This document shows positions 50,172-64,000 of a stretch of 64,000 nt of DNA, piece after piece (the stretch's first letter is position 1; each line of letters opens with the position of its first letter). The position numbers and the translations under genes were made by a program. Location of the stretch: assembly GCF_009914755.1 (NCBI RefSeq), contig NC_060926.1; one strand, 5' to 3'. The stretch comes from the human T2T-CHM13v2.0 reference genome, Homo sapiens. The notes beneath the pieces were generated by a model. That model worked only from the letters and a program-made list of their open reading frames with translations. It did no database searches and was not told the DNA's origin.

Positions 50172-50360
<189 letters not shown>

Positions 50361-51638
50361 TCAAATGAGTTCAACTGTCACGTTAAGATGCCTTGAATTC
50401 TTTTGATTTTCTAGTTCCAATTTCTAGCTTTAATATCTTCAAATCACCTGTTAAAAAGAAGACAGCAATGAGTAACATCTTAGGGTAGAAAGCAGTTATT
50501 TCAAAAGAAAAATAGTTTGAGAGCCTAAAATGTAACTATTAGAAATAATTAAGTTTATTTTAGAAAGCTTTAAAGAAATGGTATCGATTTTTATTCTTAT
50601 AGTGTACATATACATTTACACCTAATTTTGAGTAGCACACTAAATGATTCACATTCGCTGGGAGAATGATGGTCACATGTCTCTTTTAAACAGTATTTTG
50701 AATTACATTCCTTAAACATTTTAAGGGTATCTGGAAAATTAATGCATAGGAAGAACTTTTTACACATTTGTTAAAATTTCAGCACCCTCTGTCTACTAAG
50801 ATATTTTACTGATTTCACTTTACATCCTGTCCTTTTTATGCAATCACTACTGTTCTTATCAGGAAAATCCCCAAGATACTTCCAACAGTACCTGTATAAT
50901 CCCGGATCTGATACCTGCAATCAGCCCACACAAAGTCCTAGTGTTCCCAGGCTTCTCACTAGCCAATAATACAGCCCTACATCTCGGCAAAGAAAAGCAT
51001 GGGTTGGCTTTTTTTCCTAATGTTTAAATAAATGTAGTGCAAATACTTTTTTTCACAACTTTGCTGTACAAAGAGGGCAAGTCTCCAGCTGCATGGCTGA
51101 TTATGACACAGTAGAAATTACACTTTTATAACTAGTAATCCAAATGTTAGTATTTTTCAAAATATGGTGACAAGTGTTTTAAAAAAAACTTTTAAAACTT
51201 AAGTACCTGGGTTGTTGTAGGTGGCGTTTCTAGTTGACTATTAAGTCACAGAAACACAACACATATTAACTACAAAACTAGTTTTGGTTTGAGTCAACAT
51301 CCTGTGCTTTAGCAAATCACAAAGTAGGGTTTATACCAAGCCCACAGAAACTGCTTTTGACTAAAACATATAATTACCTCAAGTTCTACTTAGTAATACA
51401 TATATACTGACTTATAATTTCAGCCTTCATTGAGCAAATAAACTTCAACATGCTCAAAAGAAAAGACTATTGCCAAACTAAGTGATCTTACTGGGGAATT
51501 TGGTTACATTGGGTATTTCATCCCCAGTATATGGGGACAATCACCTATTCCTGAAGGTCTATTATTATTTTTAAATTTCAGTTCTCTTTGGGATGCCTTT
51601 CTTGACAGCTCCCATGGCATGAAGCTTCCAATCCTGCT

Positions 51639-51752
51639 ACTGAGGTCAGACTAGTGGTTCGCTTCAGGATATTTTGTCATCGTGTGCCCATGGAGAGCAA
51701 ACTGCTGATGGAGACACTGCAATTCGGCCTTTTCTTGTCATCATTCCTCAGT
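51639..51752 (-). ncRNA. SNORD89: C/D box snoRNA SNORD89
   Basis: Minus strand ACTGAGG-A-ATGATGA (C box)…CGATGA (C')…CTGA (D box)-CCTCAGT, 114 nt. The terminal stem extends to 14 bp with one mismatch (51632-51645 / 51746-51759). Sequence recognised. Confidence 0.95.
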
Positions 51753-52095
51753 AGCTGGAGGGAGCAGTCTTCTGGGAAAGGCTGTGTGTTCAGGATCCCT
51801 AAAAAGATAGCATGCGGGGAAATTATTACCTGCCAAGTGGTGTGTGTTTTTACACCTCTCTGGCCCTTTAGTTTTCTGCTGGGAAACCCAGAACGCCAGT
51901 CCAGACACCGAGGAGCCGAGGAAACAGGACAGCAGGCAGGGGGCTGCGGAGAGCAGCACAGTCACGGACACTGCCTCCTTCTCCATGCCACCCGCGGTTT
52001 CCACAGTTAAATACTGGTCCACATGACATGTGAACACATGGCTCCTATAATGGTTAGGAGGAAGGTGATTCATGTGGTAAATAATATAACAATGA

Positions 52096-52355
<260 letters not shown>

Positions 52356-52750
52356 TAGTAGAGATGAGTTTTGCCTTGTTGCCTAGGCTAGTCTTGAATT
52401 CCTGGGCTCAAGAGATCCTCCCATCTTGGCCTCCCAAATTGTTGGTGTTAAAAGCGTCAACCACCACACCTGGCCTGTCACTTCTTTATCATGTTAATTT
52501 TCATCTAAAAAAACTATCACTGAAAACTTTTTCCTTTCAAAGTACTGAACAGTTTTCTTCTCTTGCTAATTTCTTTTTTGCTACTAAAGACTTGTGTTTC
52601 TAGAGATATGACCGTAATTATTCCAACCTCTCCAATTTATAATTTAGTGTTCAAGCTTTTAAATTAAGGAACACTATGTTTGACAGCTGCTGATTAAGAA
52701 ATCACACTTCTGTAATTATCAAAAACAATTTACCTTGGTCTGTCACAGTA

Positions 52751-53407
52751 TTTTTTTTTTTTTTTTAAGAGAAACACCCGTCAAATTTATTGCAGTTGTC
52801 CAGTCAGCAATGGTGATCTTCTTGCTGATTGCTGATCTTGCCATTCTTGGACCCCAAGTGCTCCATGACCTCCACAATATTCATGCCATCTTTCACCTTG
52901 CCAAAGACCACATGCTTGCAATCCAACCACTCTGTCTTGGCATCTTGGCAGGGCAGATAAAAAACTGGGAAACGTTCACGCTGGGTCCAGCATTTGCCAT
53001 GGACAAGATGCCAGGACCCGTATGCTTCAGGATGAAGTTCTTGTCATCAAATTTCTCCCTGCAGATGGACTTGCCACCAATGCTGTATGGCGTGTGAAGT
53101 CACCACTCTGACACGTAAACCCTGGAATAATTCTGTGAAAGCAGGAACCCTTATAACCAAATCCTTTTTCTCCAGTGCTCAGAGCATGGAAATTTTCTGC
53201 TGTCTTTGGAACCTTGTCTGCAAACAGCTCCAATCTGTTAACATAGTTTTATGGATTAGATGAGCAGTCACTTCTTGCTTTCCAGGCCCCTTACCTCGAA
53301 GGAGACACAGCCCAAGGGCTCGCCATCGACAGCAATGTGGAAAAACATGGTGGGGTTGACCATGGCTGGAAGCAGGGGGCCCTGGGCGGCAGCAGCATCT
53401 GCAAAGC
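52751..53407 (-). pseudogene. Processed pseudogene of PPIA (cyclophilin A)
   Basis: ATG at 53363, [23 protein letters not shown] / [37 protein letters not shown]. Frameshifts, poly(A) at 52751-52766, TSD core tcacag at 52743 and 53408. Confidence 0.93.
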
Positions 53408-53480
53408 TCACAGCCTTCTTTTTAAAAGTCAGCTTCATTAGCTACTGGGAAGAATGACTAGTTAAAACATTTTCCCCTAG

Positions 53481-54443
<963 letters not shown>

Positions 54444-54789
54444 CTCCTAGTATTTCTTAAAGACAAAGAGCAAACAATCTACTTGCTACAGAATCAGGAT
54501 GTATTTTCCTATTTATAATAAACTACAGAAGGTAGATTTCAAAGGTAATGGCTGTTATGGAAACCTACTTGAGGTTGTCTGCTAAAACCAACTCAGTGTG
54601 CAAAGCGAAATACATTTTCTACTTCAATAGCTCCTCATACTGCATCTGTCTGTAGAGTTTATTTCAGTAAAACTGTTTACTATTTCATGATGAGTAGCTA
54701 GAATTAAAGCATTAAGTAGCTTGAGAAAATAATCTATATAAATCTTTATATCCTACATATGGCTATAAAAATAAATTTATAATTTTAAA

Positions 54790-55940
54790 AATTGTTTTAA
54801 ATAAACATTTATTTTTACCTACAAAGTAAAGATATACAGAATAACTAGGAGCAAGGAAAGACTATAATTCCACACTCTAAAAAATAACTGCCTCATACTC
54901 GACTTCTACCTCCAAGAAGTGAAAAAATAGCAGAGTGTGTGTTTAATCACTTTTTAACACTTAGCAGTCTCCAAAAGCTTTGCATTAGCCTGCTCCTTTG
55001 ACCCAAAAGAACAGCAAGCAAGTAAAAAAGAAGAAACGGTTAAGCAAGGTCATGGTATTAAATCTGCTTAAACTCTAATCAAGAAAACTGGTTATTTCGA
55101 GTCAACAACAAAAACTAAAATTCTACATCTTTCGCCCTTTTAATTGTAAAGATTAAATTGTAACTGAAATCAATATAACAGATTCTGAGTCTGCCTACTC
55201 ATTTTCCTTAACAAGGCAATGAAGAACTTAATGCTCATGTGCGATATAGAATCTTAGCTTTTTATTTGTAGGAAAAAATAAACAGATTTCCCTCCCCAAC
55301 AAGGCGTCACAAGAAATGAGGCAATAAAGGGAAAAATGCAAATCCTAAAGTCATCTAGTGCCTTTCTCATAATTCTAAACAAAGAAAAAGTGCTCTCAGG
55401 TTTTGAAATCTTCACATACACTACAGATGGGCAAAAAAGCTACAGACATCTCAGTTTACAAGTTTCAAGTTCTTAAAAAAAAAACAACAAAAAAAACCTT
55501 TCCTCCAGGGAAAGCCCATGAGATCAATTATCGAATTGAATTATACAATTCCACTTCAACTAGTCTAACATTGATGTGCTTTGCCAAAAACCTTGAAAAA
55601 TAGAATTAACTGGTTTTTACAGAACCATAGCAGCCAATTATTTAGAAACACCACCTGTCCTTTATATTAGAGTACCTGCCCCAGTTGTCTTTGTAATAGT
55701 CTGAAGCAACACACTGTTCATGGTAAACACTCTATTTTAGTAGATAAATATATGAGGACTAATCGAAAAGTCTCTTCAAGAAGAAAATATCTTAGTCCTT
55801 TGTATATCAAATCAGAATCTAATAGGTAAAATAATATACATTATTTTCAAATATACAAATTATGTGCTAAAGTAAAAAAAATAAAATGTCCTTTAGTTCA
55901 AGCCAAACTTCTGTTGGTGCCACTTCAGTGGGCACGTGTG
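54790..55940 (-). other. RNF149: RNF149 main 3' UTR
   Basis: Repeat-free AT-rich sequence downstream of the stop codon; minus-strand AATAAA at 54808-54813 and another near 54658. Confidence 0.65.
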
Positions 55941-55984
55941 CTAGGAGATGGGTCCTCCATGCCGAGAGTCACTCCTGCCGGCTT
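55941..55984 (-). CDS. RNF149: RNF149 E3 ubiquitin ligase, last coding exon
   Basis: ctcttgcag|AA GCC GGC AGG AGT GAC TCT CGG CAT GGA GGA CCC ATC TCC TAG = (E)AGRSDSRHGGPIS*; phase matches the upstream exon. Confidence 0.9.
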
Positions 55985-57229
55985 CTGCAAGAGAGCAACA
56001 TAAGCTACTCCATCAGAAGAGGGCAGCATATTCCGAGCTTCAACTATGCAAACACACTTACTCACTTGGAGATAATTCAAGATGGTAAACAGAAAAAAAA
56101 ATTTTTTTTGAGACGGAGTCTTGTTCTTGTTGCCCAGGCTGGAATGCAATGGCACCATCTTGGCTCACTGCAACTCCACCTCCCGGGTTCAAGCGATTCT
56201 CCTGCCTCAGCCTCCTGGGTAGCTGGGATTACAGGCACCCGCCACCACATTCAGCTACTTTTTGCATTTTTAGTAGAGATGAGGTTTCACCATGTTGGCC
56301 AGGCTAGTCTCGAACTCCTGACCTCAGGTGATCCACCCACCTCAGCCTCCCAAAATGCTGGGATTACAGGCATGAGCCACCGCGCCCGGCTAACAGAAAA
56401 TTTTAAATAAAACATACATGGAAAACTGATAACCCATTCCACTGATAGCCAACAAGAAAAATCGGTAAACATCTTCATCATATGAGGAGTTTTCTAGCAT
56501 TAGCCTAGCCAACATTAATCTCATCAGCAGATCAGTCTTTAAAGACAGTCAGAGATGGCGGTACCAGAAGATGTTCCCAAAAGTTGAACAAGTAGCTAAG
56601 GTGATGGTGATGCTGCCACCAATGAAAACAATAGCCAGTATTTATATTGACCCTAAGAGGTAGAGATTAACATGTCACCAGCCCCGGTTTATAGATGGCA
56701 AGGAAGAGGAGGAGCTGGTACTGAAATCCAGACAGTTGCTATTATGAAGTATACAAAATCACTTCACACAAAAGGCTCTTAGAATAGAATACTTCCTTAA
56801 AGATAGCAGCAGATCCCATTACTTTTTATTTTGCCAATTTAAAGTTTCTTTTTTCTTTTCTTTTTTGATATAGGGTCTCACTCTCTCACCCAGGCTGCAG
56901 TGCAGTGACATGATCATGGTCACGGCTCGCTGCATCCTCGACTTCCTGGGTTCAAGTGATCCTCCCACCTCAGCTTCCCAGAGAGCTAGGACTACAGTAG
57001 GCACACGCCACCACGCCCCGCTAATTTTAAGTAGAGACAGAGTTTCTGCATGTTCCCCAGACTGGCCTCATGCGATGCAATCTGCTCCCTGCCACCCTAC
57101 CTCCAAAAGTGCTAGGATTACAAGTGTGAGCCACCATGTCCAGCCTGAAGTTTCTATTAAATGGTGAAATAACATAAGTAATCTCATAAAATGCTTCCTC
57201 TTGTTTTATAAATATAAGTGTATATTTAT

Positions 57230-57520
57230 AAATACAAAATTTGTATTTACTGTTTAAATTGACAAAAACTGTATATATATATGGTATACAACATGATGTT
57301 CTGAAACATGTATACATTGTGGAATGGCTAAATCACACTAATTCATGTGCATTACCTGACATATTCATTTGAAGTGAGAACATTTAAAATCTACTCTTTG
57401 GGCATCTTTCAAGAATACTATACACTGTTATGAACTGTAGTCACCATGCTGTACAATGGAGCTCTTGAACTTGCTCCTAACTGAAACTTTGTACCTTTTG
57501 ATCAATCTCTCCAATTCCCC
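57230..57520 (-). mobile_element. L1MA/MB 3' end fragment
   Basis: tatggtatacaacatgatgtt…tatacattgtggaatggctaaatc…tagtcaccatgctgtacaat…actgaaactttgtacc. Confidence 0.75.
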
Positions 57521-58879
57521 CCACACCCAACCAAATATTTTGCACTCCCCTTCAAGGAGGTGAAGTAGGTGGAGAGTGATGTAACTGGAGAGTGGAAGGT
57601 GCACTTCCACAGGGAAACACCTTCTCCAGGGTCTACCATGAGTAACTTCCACATTCATTTCCTAGTTGCTCCTGAGAGTCTAGTAAATGTTTTCTCAACT
57701 ATAAGTGAAACCACAGTTTTTTCTGGAAGTATTAATGCCTGATTTTTCTAATTTAGTGTTTTTCAATTTATGTCGTTACCGTTATAAGGCTGAAAGAACA
57801 TTAACAGATAAAGTCAACTTGCTGTTGCACAATACTTGAGAATTTAAAAAAAGGACAAAGAGAAAAATAGAATGTGAGCCCCATACGGGGTGGGGTGGGG
57901 ACACTGGGGAAACTGGCTGCTTCAGAATGTATCTGACATTTTGCTGCTTTGGAAACCTAGCTGCTTCTTCCACCTTCTTTATTTCTACCCATGATTTCAT
58001 GATTTCTACCCATGATTTCAAATTGTATTATCTTAGTTCTAAGAGGGTATTTCAGGACAGCCAATGGTAAACTGTAAGGCACTGCAAGTTAACAAGGTAG
58101 CAAGAATGCAGAAAAATCTGGAGGCTGCTCTTGAAAGACATTTAGTCAGAATAAGAGTTTTAGTATCTCCAGGGTGCTCATGTACTAGAGAAGGCAAAGT
58201 TAGTTTTCTTTCTGGAGTTGGAAGGCAATGGCAAAATCACACTGGTATGCACTCTGGCTCTATATAAAGACATTCTTAAAAATAAGAGCCATTTACCAAG
58301 GGAACATGCTGCTTTGCAAGGTGGCCCAGTCTTAGCTGGAGAGCTGTTAGGAGAATGCCTACACAGATCAATCGCTACAATTTTATAATTCTCTGAAATC
58401 TATTCTCCTTTTTTTGTTCCACAATGCAGTCTTTTCTTCCTCTGGTGCTGGTTAATACTTACATTCTAATATTTCTACCGATTTTTGCCTCACAGATCCT
58501 AAATGTGCTACAAAAAAACTGACTTAGTTTCAATCTTACTGCTTTGGAAAAATATGCTTCCTCTTCTAGGATGACAAAATTCAAAACCTGAAGCATCGAT
58601 TCTTCCCACTTAAAATAACCTTTAAGTGAATCCAATTCCAATAAAAATTCTGATGAGATTTTCTTTTACTTGGCAAAATGATTTTAGAATTAATCTTTAA
58701 AAAATGTAGAATAGGCTGGGTGTGGTGGCTCATGCCTGTAATCCCAGCACTTTGGGAGTCCCAGGAGGGTGGATCACCTGAGGTGGGCAAATCACTTGAA
58801 CCCAGGAGGCAGAGGCTGCAGTGAGCTGAGATCGTGTCACTGCACTCCAGACTGGCCGACAGAGCAAGACTCCATCTCA

Positions 58880-58922
58880 AATAATAATAATAATAATAAT
58901 AATAATGATGATGATGATGATA
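58880..58922 (+). repeat. Compound (TAA)n(TGA)n microsatellite derived from an Alu tail
   Basis: Directly visible after the Alu at 58714-58878. Confidence 0.9.
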
Positions 58923-60561
58923 ATGTAGAATAGTCCAGAAATTTTTTAAAAGAAGAATAAAGATGAAGGAAATTGCCTTGCAAATATAAAAACATATTAT
59001 TTGCAATTATTATTCACTAAACAATATTAGGACAACTGATTAAACATTTGGGTTTAATAAGTGGAATAAAAGGAAAAAACAGATTAGTTAAATCTCCCCT
59101 CACACCTTAAACTATATGTGTTTAAGATGTTTAAGATTTACATTTAAATCTTACATTAAGATTTAAATGTAAAATACAAAACCCACAAATACTAGCAAAG
59201 TACAGGTCAATATCTTTACAATCCTAACATAAGAAAGACCTTCCTAAGTCAGCATGCAATCAAAGGCAGAATCATGAGAGAACGGGAAACTAAACTACAT
59301 AATTTCTATCTGGAAAGTACAATGAAAAGCCAAAGGATACAGAAATTGGGGGAGAAATACATAAAATATATGACAAAGCCCTAGTATTTTCAATGTATAA
59401 AAAGCTCTAAGGATCAATATGAAAAAATTACTATCTCCATAAAAAAATAAGCTAGGGATAAAATAAGCAGTTCATCAAAGAATAAAGATGACCAACAATG
59501 TGAAAAGAGGACAAAAATGTAATTTAAAAAATGCAATGAGTCTAGACAACATGGTGAGACTTCATCACTTCAAAAAAATTTAAAAAGTTAGCTAGATGTG
59601 GTGGCACACGCCTGTGGTCTCAGCTACTTGGGAGGCAGAGGTGGCAGGATTGGTTAAGCCCAGGAGTTTGAGGCTGCAGTGAGCTGTGTTCTCATCACTA
59701 CACTCCAGCCAGGGTGACAGAGCAAGACCCTGTCTCAAAAACCAAAATAAAACACAAAAAACAAAACAAAACAAAAAACATGCAGTTCACTACATTTTAC
59801 CTATCAGAGTGACAGAAAACAATTAGACAAGGCATAAGTATATATACATAATGATTTCAAAGTGCTACTGATAATACAAACACTCATTAATTAGTTTCAA
59901 GAAATTATAGAAAATTCAAAATGTAATACTCTGTAGCTGTAAAAAATTATCTATTTATCAACATAGAAAGAGCTTCATATATTAAGTAAAAAGTAGGTTA
60001 CCTAACAGCCCATAAGTGATATTCACCGACCCTTAAACACCTTTCGATTTCCAGAAAAACATCTGGAAAGGTAATTATCAAAGTGTTAAGATGACATCTC
60101 TACGTGGGGGACGACTATTTTCATTTTTTCCTTATGCTTTTCTGCACTTTATGTATTTCTTTATTTTCTTTCACAGCTACTAATAAAATTCCTTTTTTTT
60201 TTTTTTTTTTTTTTAAGAGACAGGGTCTTGCTCTGTCACCCAGGCTCAGGCTGGAGTACAGTGACAGGATCATAGCTCACTGCAGCCTGAACTCTTGGTC
60301 ACAAGCCACTCTCCTGCCTCAGCATTCTGAGTAGCTGGGACTACAGGAGAATGCCACCATACCTGGCTAATCTGTGAAGTTTTTGTAGAGATGGGGTCTC
60401 ACTATGCTGCCCAGGCTGTTCTCAAATTTCTGGTTACTTACTCTTCGATAGCTCAAACTCGAGCAATCCTCCCACCTTAAACTCCCAAAGCACTGAGATT
60501 ACAGGTGTGAGCCACCACTCCTGGCCACATTCTATTGTTTTATAATTTGCACACCGCTCAC

Positions 60562-60760
60562 CTAGCAATGCCGTATTTTCTCCTGCATCTCCTTTAAAGC
60601 TGGGATCACACTGTGGCTCAGATTCAGCAGGGGAGGCTGATGGTGGACTGCTGTCATCACTTCCGTCATCATCTGGTAAAGCTAGACTCAAATTTGCAGC
60701 TGGATCCCTTCCAGGAGGAGATTCTGGAGCAGGCATCTCCTGTACATCCCCAGGCTCTCC
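60562..60760 (-). CDS. RNF149: RNF149 penultimate coding exon (upstream exons lie beyond the window)
   Basis: ttctcaag|GGA GAG CCT…TTG CTA G|gtgagc; GEPGDVQEMPAPESPPGRDPAANLSLALPDDDGSDDSS…GENTALL; 199 nt. Confidence 0.92.
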
Positions 60761-62984
60761 CTTGAGAATTAGAACAGAAGAAAAAACATGATCAAAGCTT
60801 AAAACATGATCAAAGCTTATGTATCATCTGGCTCGTAATTCACACACAATATTACGTACTTCTGTACAATGAATCTGGCAAAAAGCACATCAATGTCTCC
60901 CTTATCTAGTATCACAAGAAAATGAATTCCTTCTCGACAACCAATCTCCTAAGGCCAACATGTTTTTTATTCTAAAAAACATTTCCCCTCCTTGATACAA
61001 GCAATGCCACCTTTTAAACTATTGACAGAAAGTGAAGCTTTCTTCCACTTCCTTGCCTTCCCAGACAGAGGATTTGAGGCCATAGCCATGAACTCTGATT
61101 ACCGCCCTGTGCTGGTTTACAGTGAGGCACTAGGGTTTCAGAAATAAACAAGGCTTTTGAACAGATGCCTTCAGACTGTATTATTTTCTTGAAAAAGTTA
61201 CTCTGGCTCCTTCCGTATGGACAGGGTGTTGATCAGCTGTAGTTTGTCTCCACCTTCCCTCCCTCCTTCCATTTGCTGCTTTAAAGAAAGGAAGACAGTG
61301 AAAGTGGAGGGCTGGGGACACTATCAGCATCACTGCATTAAGTCTCAACATTTGGGGGACAGCTAGAAACTTTATTTGATTAATACCAGAGTCAAAGCTG
61401 TGTTGTAAGTGGATGGAACTCCTGGTAAAGTGACTTATTAGATGAGGGGTTACTGCAGGTTGACTATGACCTTCTGGCTCAGCATCTCACCATTGCTTCA
61501 AGTAAAAACACCACTCACGGGCACCCCTCCTCCCTCCACTGGGCTGTGCCCCCCACAGCCCTGCTCCACCTGTGTTCTAGAACCTGCCCCTCCTGCCTCA
61601 CCAGTAACGTAACGCCCTCCCATCCCTACTCCTGACACACCAAGCAACAAATCCTGTGGCTGTGACATCACAATACCCAAACTCCTGCCCAGCCTAGCTC
61701 CAACCTTTTTACCTAAATATCTGCCAACTTAACTACCTGCCAACCTCCAACCCTGTCTGTTCACTCCACAGACACAGCATTAGCCTCAACACTTTGGTGT
61801 GTCTGATGGATAATGCAACACCCAGCTCAACTGCCCTCTCAAATGCACTTGCCCCACCTTCCAACTTCTACCTGGCAGCAGGGCACGTGACCCCTCCTCT
61901 GTGCTCCTACGGGCAGCACTTCAAACAGGCCTCTTTGGCCATGTCATGTCTGTATGCGTGCCCTGACCCCCTACCAGTCCAGAAAGTGAAATCTTCAAGA
62001 GCCCATGAGGGGAGGGGCTGTGTCTTACTCATCTTTGTCTCCCCAGAGCCAAGTGCAGATCTAGCACCTTAGATGTCATTTCTTTGACCCATCCTTGCCA
62101 AATGAATGAAAACAAGTGACATGGACACACTGAAATGGTTACAGCTGTAAACCTTTAAAGCCTGTGTGGTTGACTGAGGGTGACTCTCACTACAGTTATG
62201 GGGAAATAGAAAACTAGTTACTATAAGAGGGCACAGCATGGCTAACTAAAGCATACACTGCAGGAGGGGGTCAACAGGTCCACAGAAAAGGGTGTACTGT
62301 CTAAAGATTCAAAAGTCAAAGGCAAGACAGTAAGTTTCTGAGGTCTGATGTTACTATAGGTTCTGTTCTTCAAACAATAAATTAGGCATTCTGGGGATAT
62401 ATATTCTAGCTTTCTGAAATTAACATTCTAAGAAAGCAACTCAACCTTATGTGAGATGAAGAGTCTTAATTTTTAATATATGAAATATATATATAGCTTA
62501 TTTCCAAAAACAAAACTCATGAGGATTAAAGTCCCTCTGCTATGGTCAGTGAAATTCCTTTCATACAAACATCCAGAAATGAAAAGCAAGTTTAAAACTA
62601 CTGAGTAATGAAGAAAACAACTTAGAATACGCTTTAGAGTGTATCTAATGAAGGAAAAGAGTTCTAAAACCTTGCCAAGAAAGAAATCCATCAAGCTCCC
62701 TGTATGCTATTATTTAAAATGCTGTCCCACAAAGGCTCATTCTCTCATCTAAGCTACAGTTTCTGGAGCAAAGAGGGGATGAGCCAGGTTCATTAAGAAA
62801 GCATGTTATGCCATGCTAATCATAGCTACAATTACTGAAAACCATGAATATGTGAAGAAATTCTAGAAGAGAGACAAATTTTCTGGACATCAAAACAGTC
62901 TCAGTTTCTAGTCAGACAGTTCTTGAACACTGACCTCCACCTTCCTGTGATCACAGAGTGAAGGCGTTCTGGAACTCACATTTA

Positions 62985-63279
<295 letters not shown>

Positions 63280-63616
63280 TCAAAAAAAACCAAACAAATC
63301 ATAATTCATAGAGAATGACAGTAGTTGTTAAGGAAGTGGTCTCTTAAGCTAGAAGATGAGGGGGCATTTTAAGTAGACTGCAGTCTGGGAAATAAGTCTT
63401 GTTTAACGGGTCAGTTCTTTAATGATGCCACTATAGAAGCTTACATGACCATAATGGCTTAAAGCTACATAAAGTGATCATCATTTAAAAAACCCCAAAT
63501 TGTAGTTTCTAATTCTACAATAAACTCTATGAAAAACTCTAAAAATATGTTTAGCAACAAGACTATATTTGATAAATTATTTTCCCCAAAGATCTTTATT
63601 TAAAAACTGTTATTGA

Positions 63617-63721
<105 letters not shown>

Positions 63722-63724
63722 TGA

Positions 63725-63940
<216 letters not shown>

Positions 63941-64000
63941 TAATAGATTGTATGAAGACTCTAAAAACAATAAAAAATATAACCTAAAAAAATATATTTT

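Noticed and set aside
51654-52073. Overlapping 118-aa (+) and 110-aa (-) ORFs at SNORD89
   Set aside because: No recognisable protein; the region is better explained by the snoRNA and small non-coding exons.
60434-60561. RNF149 exon frame reading on into an intronic Alu (GERCANYK…)
   Set aside because: A good donor G|gtgagc at 60562 splices in frame to the true last exon; the extension is Alu-derived.

Overview
Human genomic DNA (Alu-dense, includes an AluYa5), recognised from protein sequence as the CNOT11 / SNORD89 / RNF149 locus (chr2q11.2 from recall, not verified). Bases 1-31,200 are a repeat graveyard: Charlie1, THE1/MST, MLT1, MER57, MER50-like, LTR22-like, LTR6-like, a nested Alu>MER41>ERV9 stack, HERV-H/LTR7 pieces and a 7.27-kb two-LTR HERV-K11D/HML-7-type provirus (16,535-23,801) that lacks capsid, nucleocapsid and protease. 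A CpG island at about 31.3-32.2 kb drives the complete 7-exon CNOT11 gene (+, 510 aa, all junctions GT-AG and in frame). Convergent with it on the minus strand are the last two coding exons and 3' UTR of RNF149, followed by a PPIA retrocopy, the C/D snoRNA SNORD89 and candidate non-coding host exons. I found no wholly new biological system. The best leads are SNORD89's split complementarity to U2 snRNA nt 2-18, a PPIA retrocopy carrying a 67-nt GT...AG insert exactly at the exon 1/2 junction, a site hit by three successive Alus, tandem GAS motifs next to an ERV9 LTR, and the structure and ends of the HML-7 provirus. Repeat subfamily names are from recall of consensus sequences; boundaries of older repeats are approximate.
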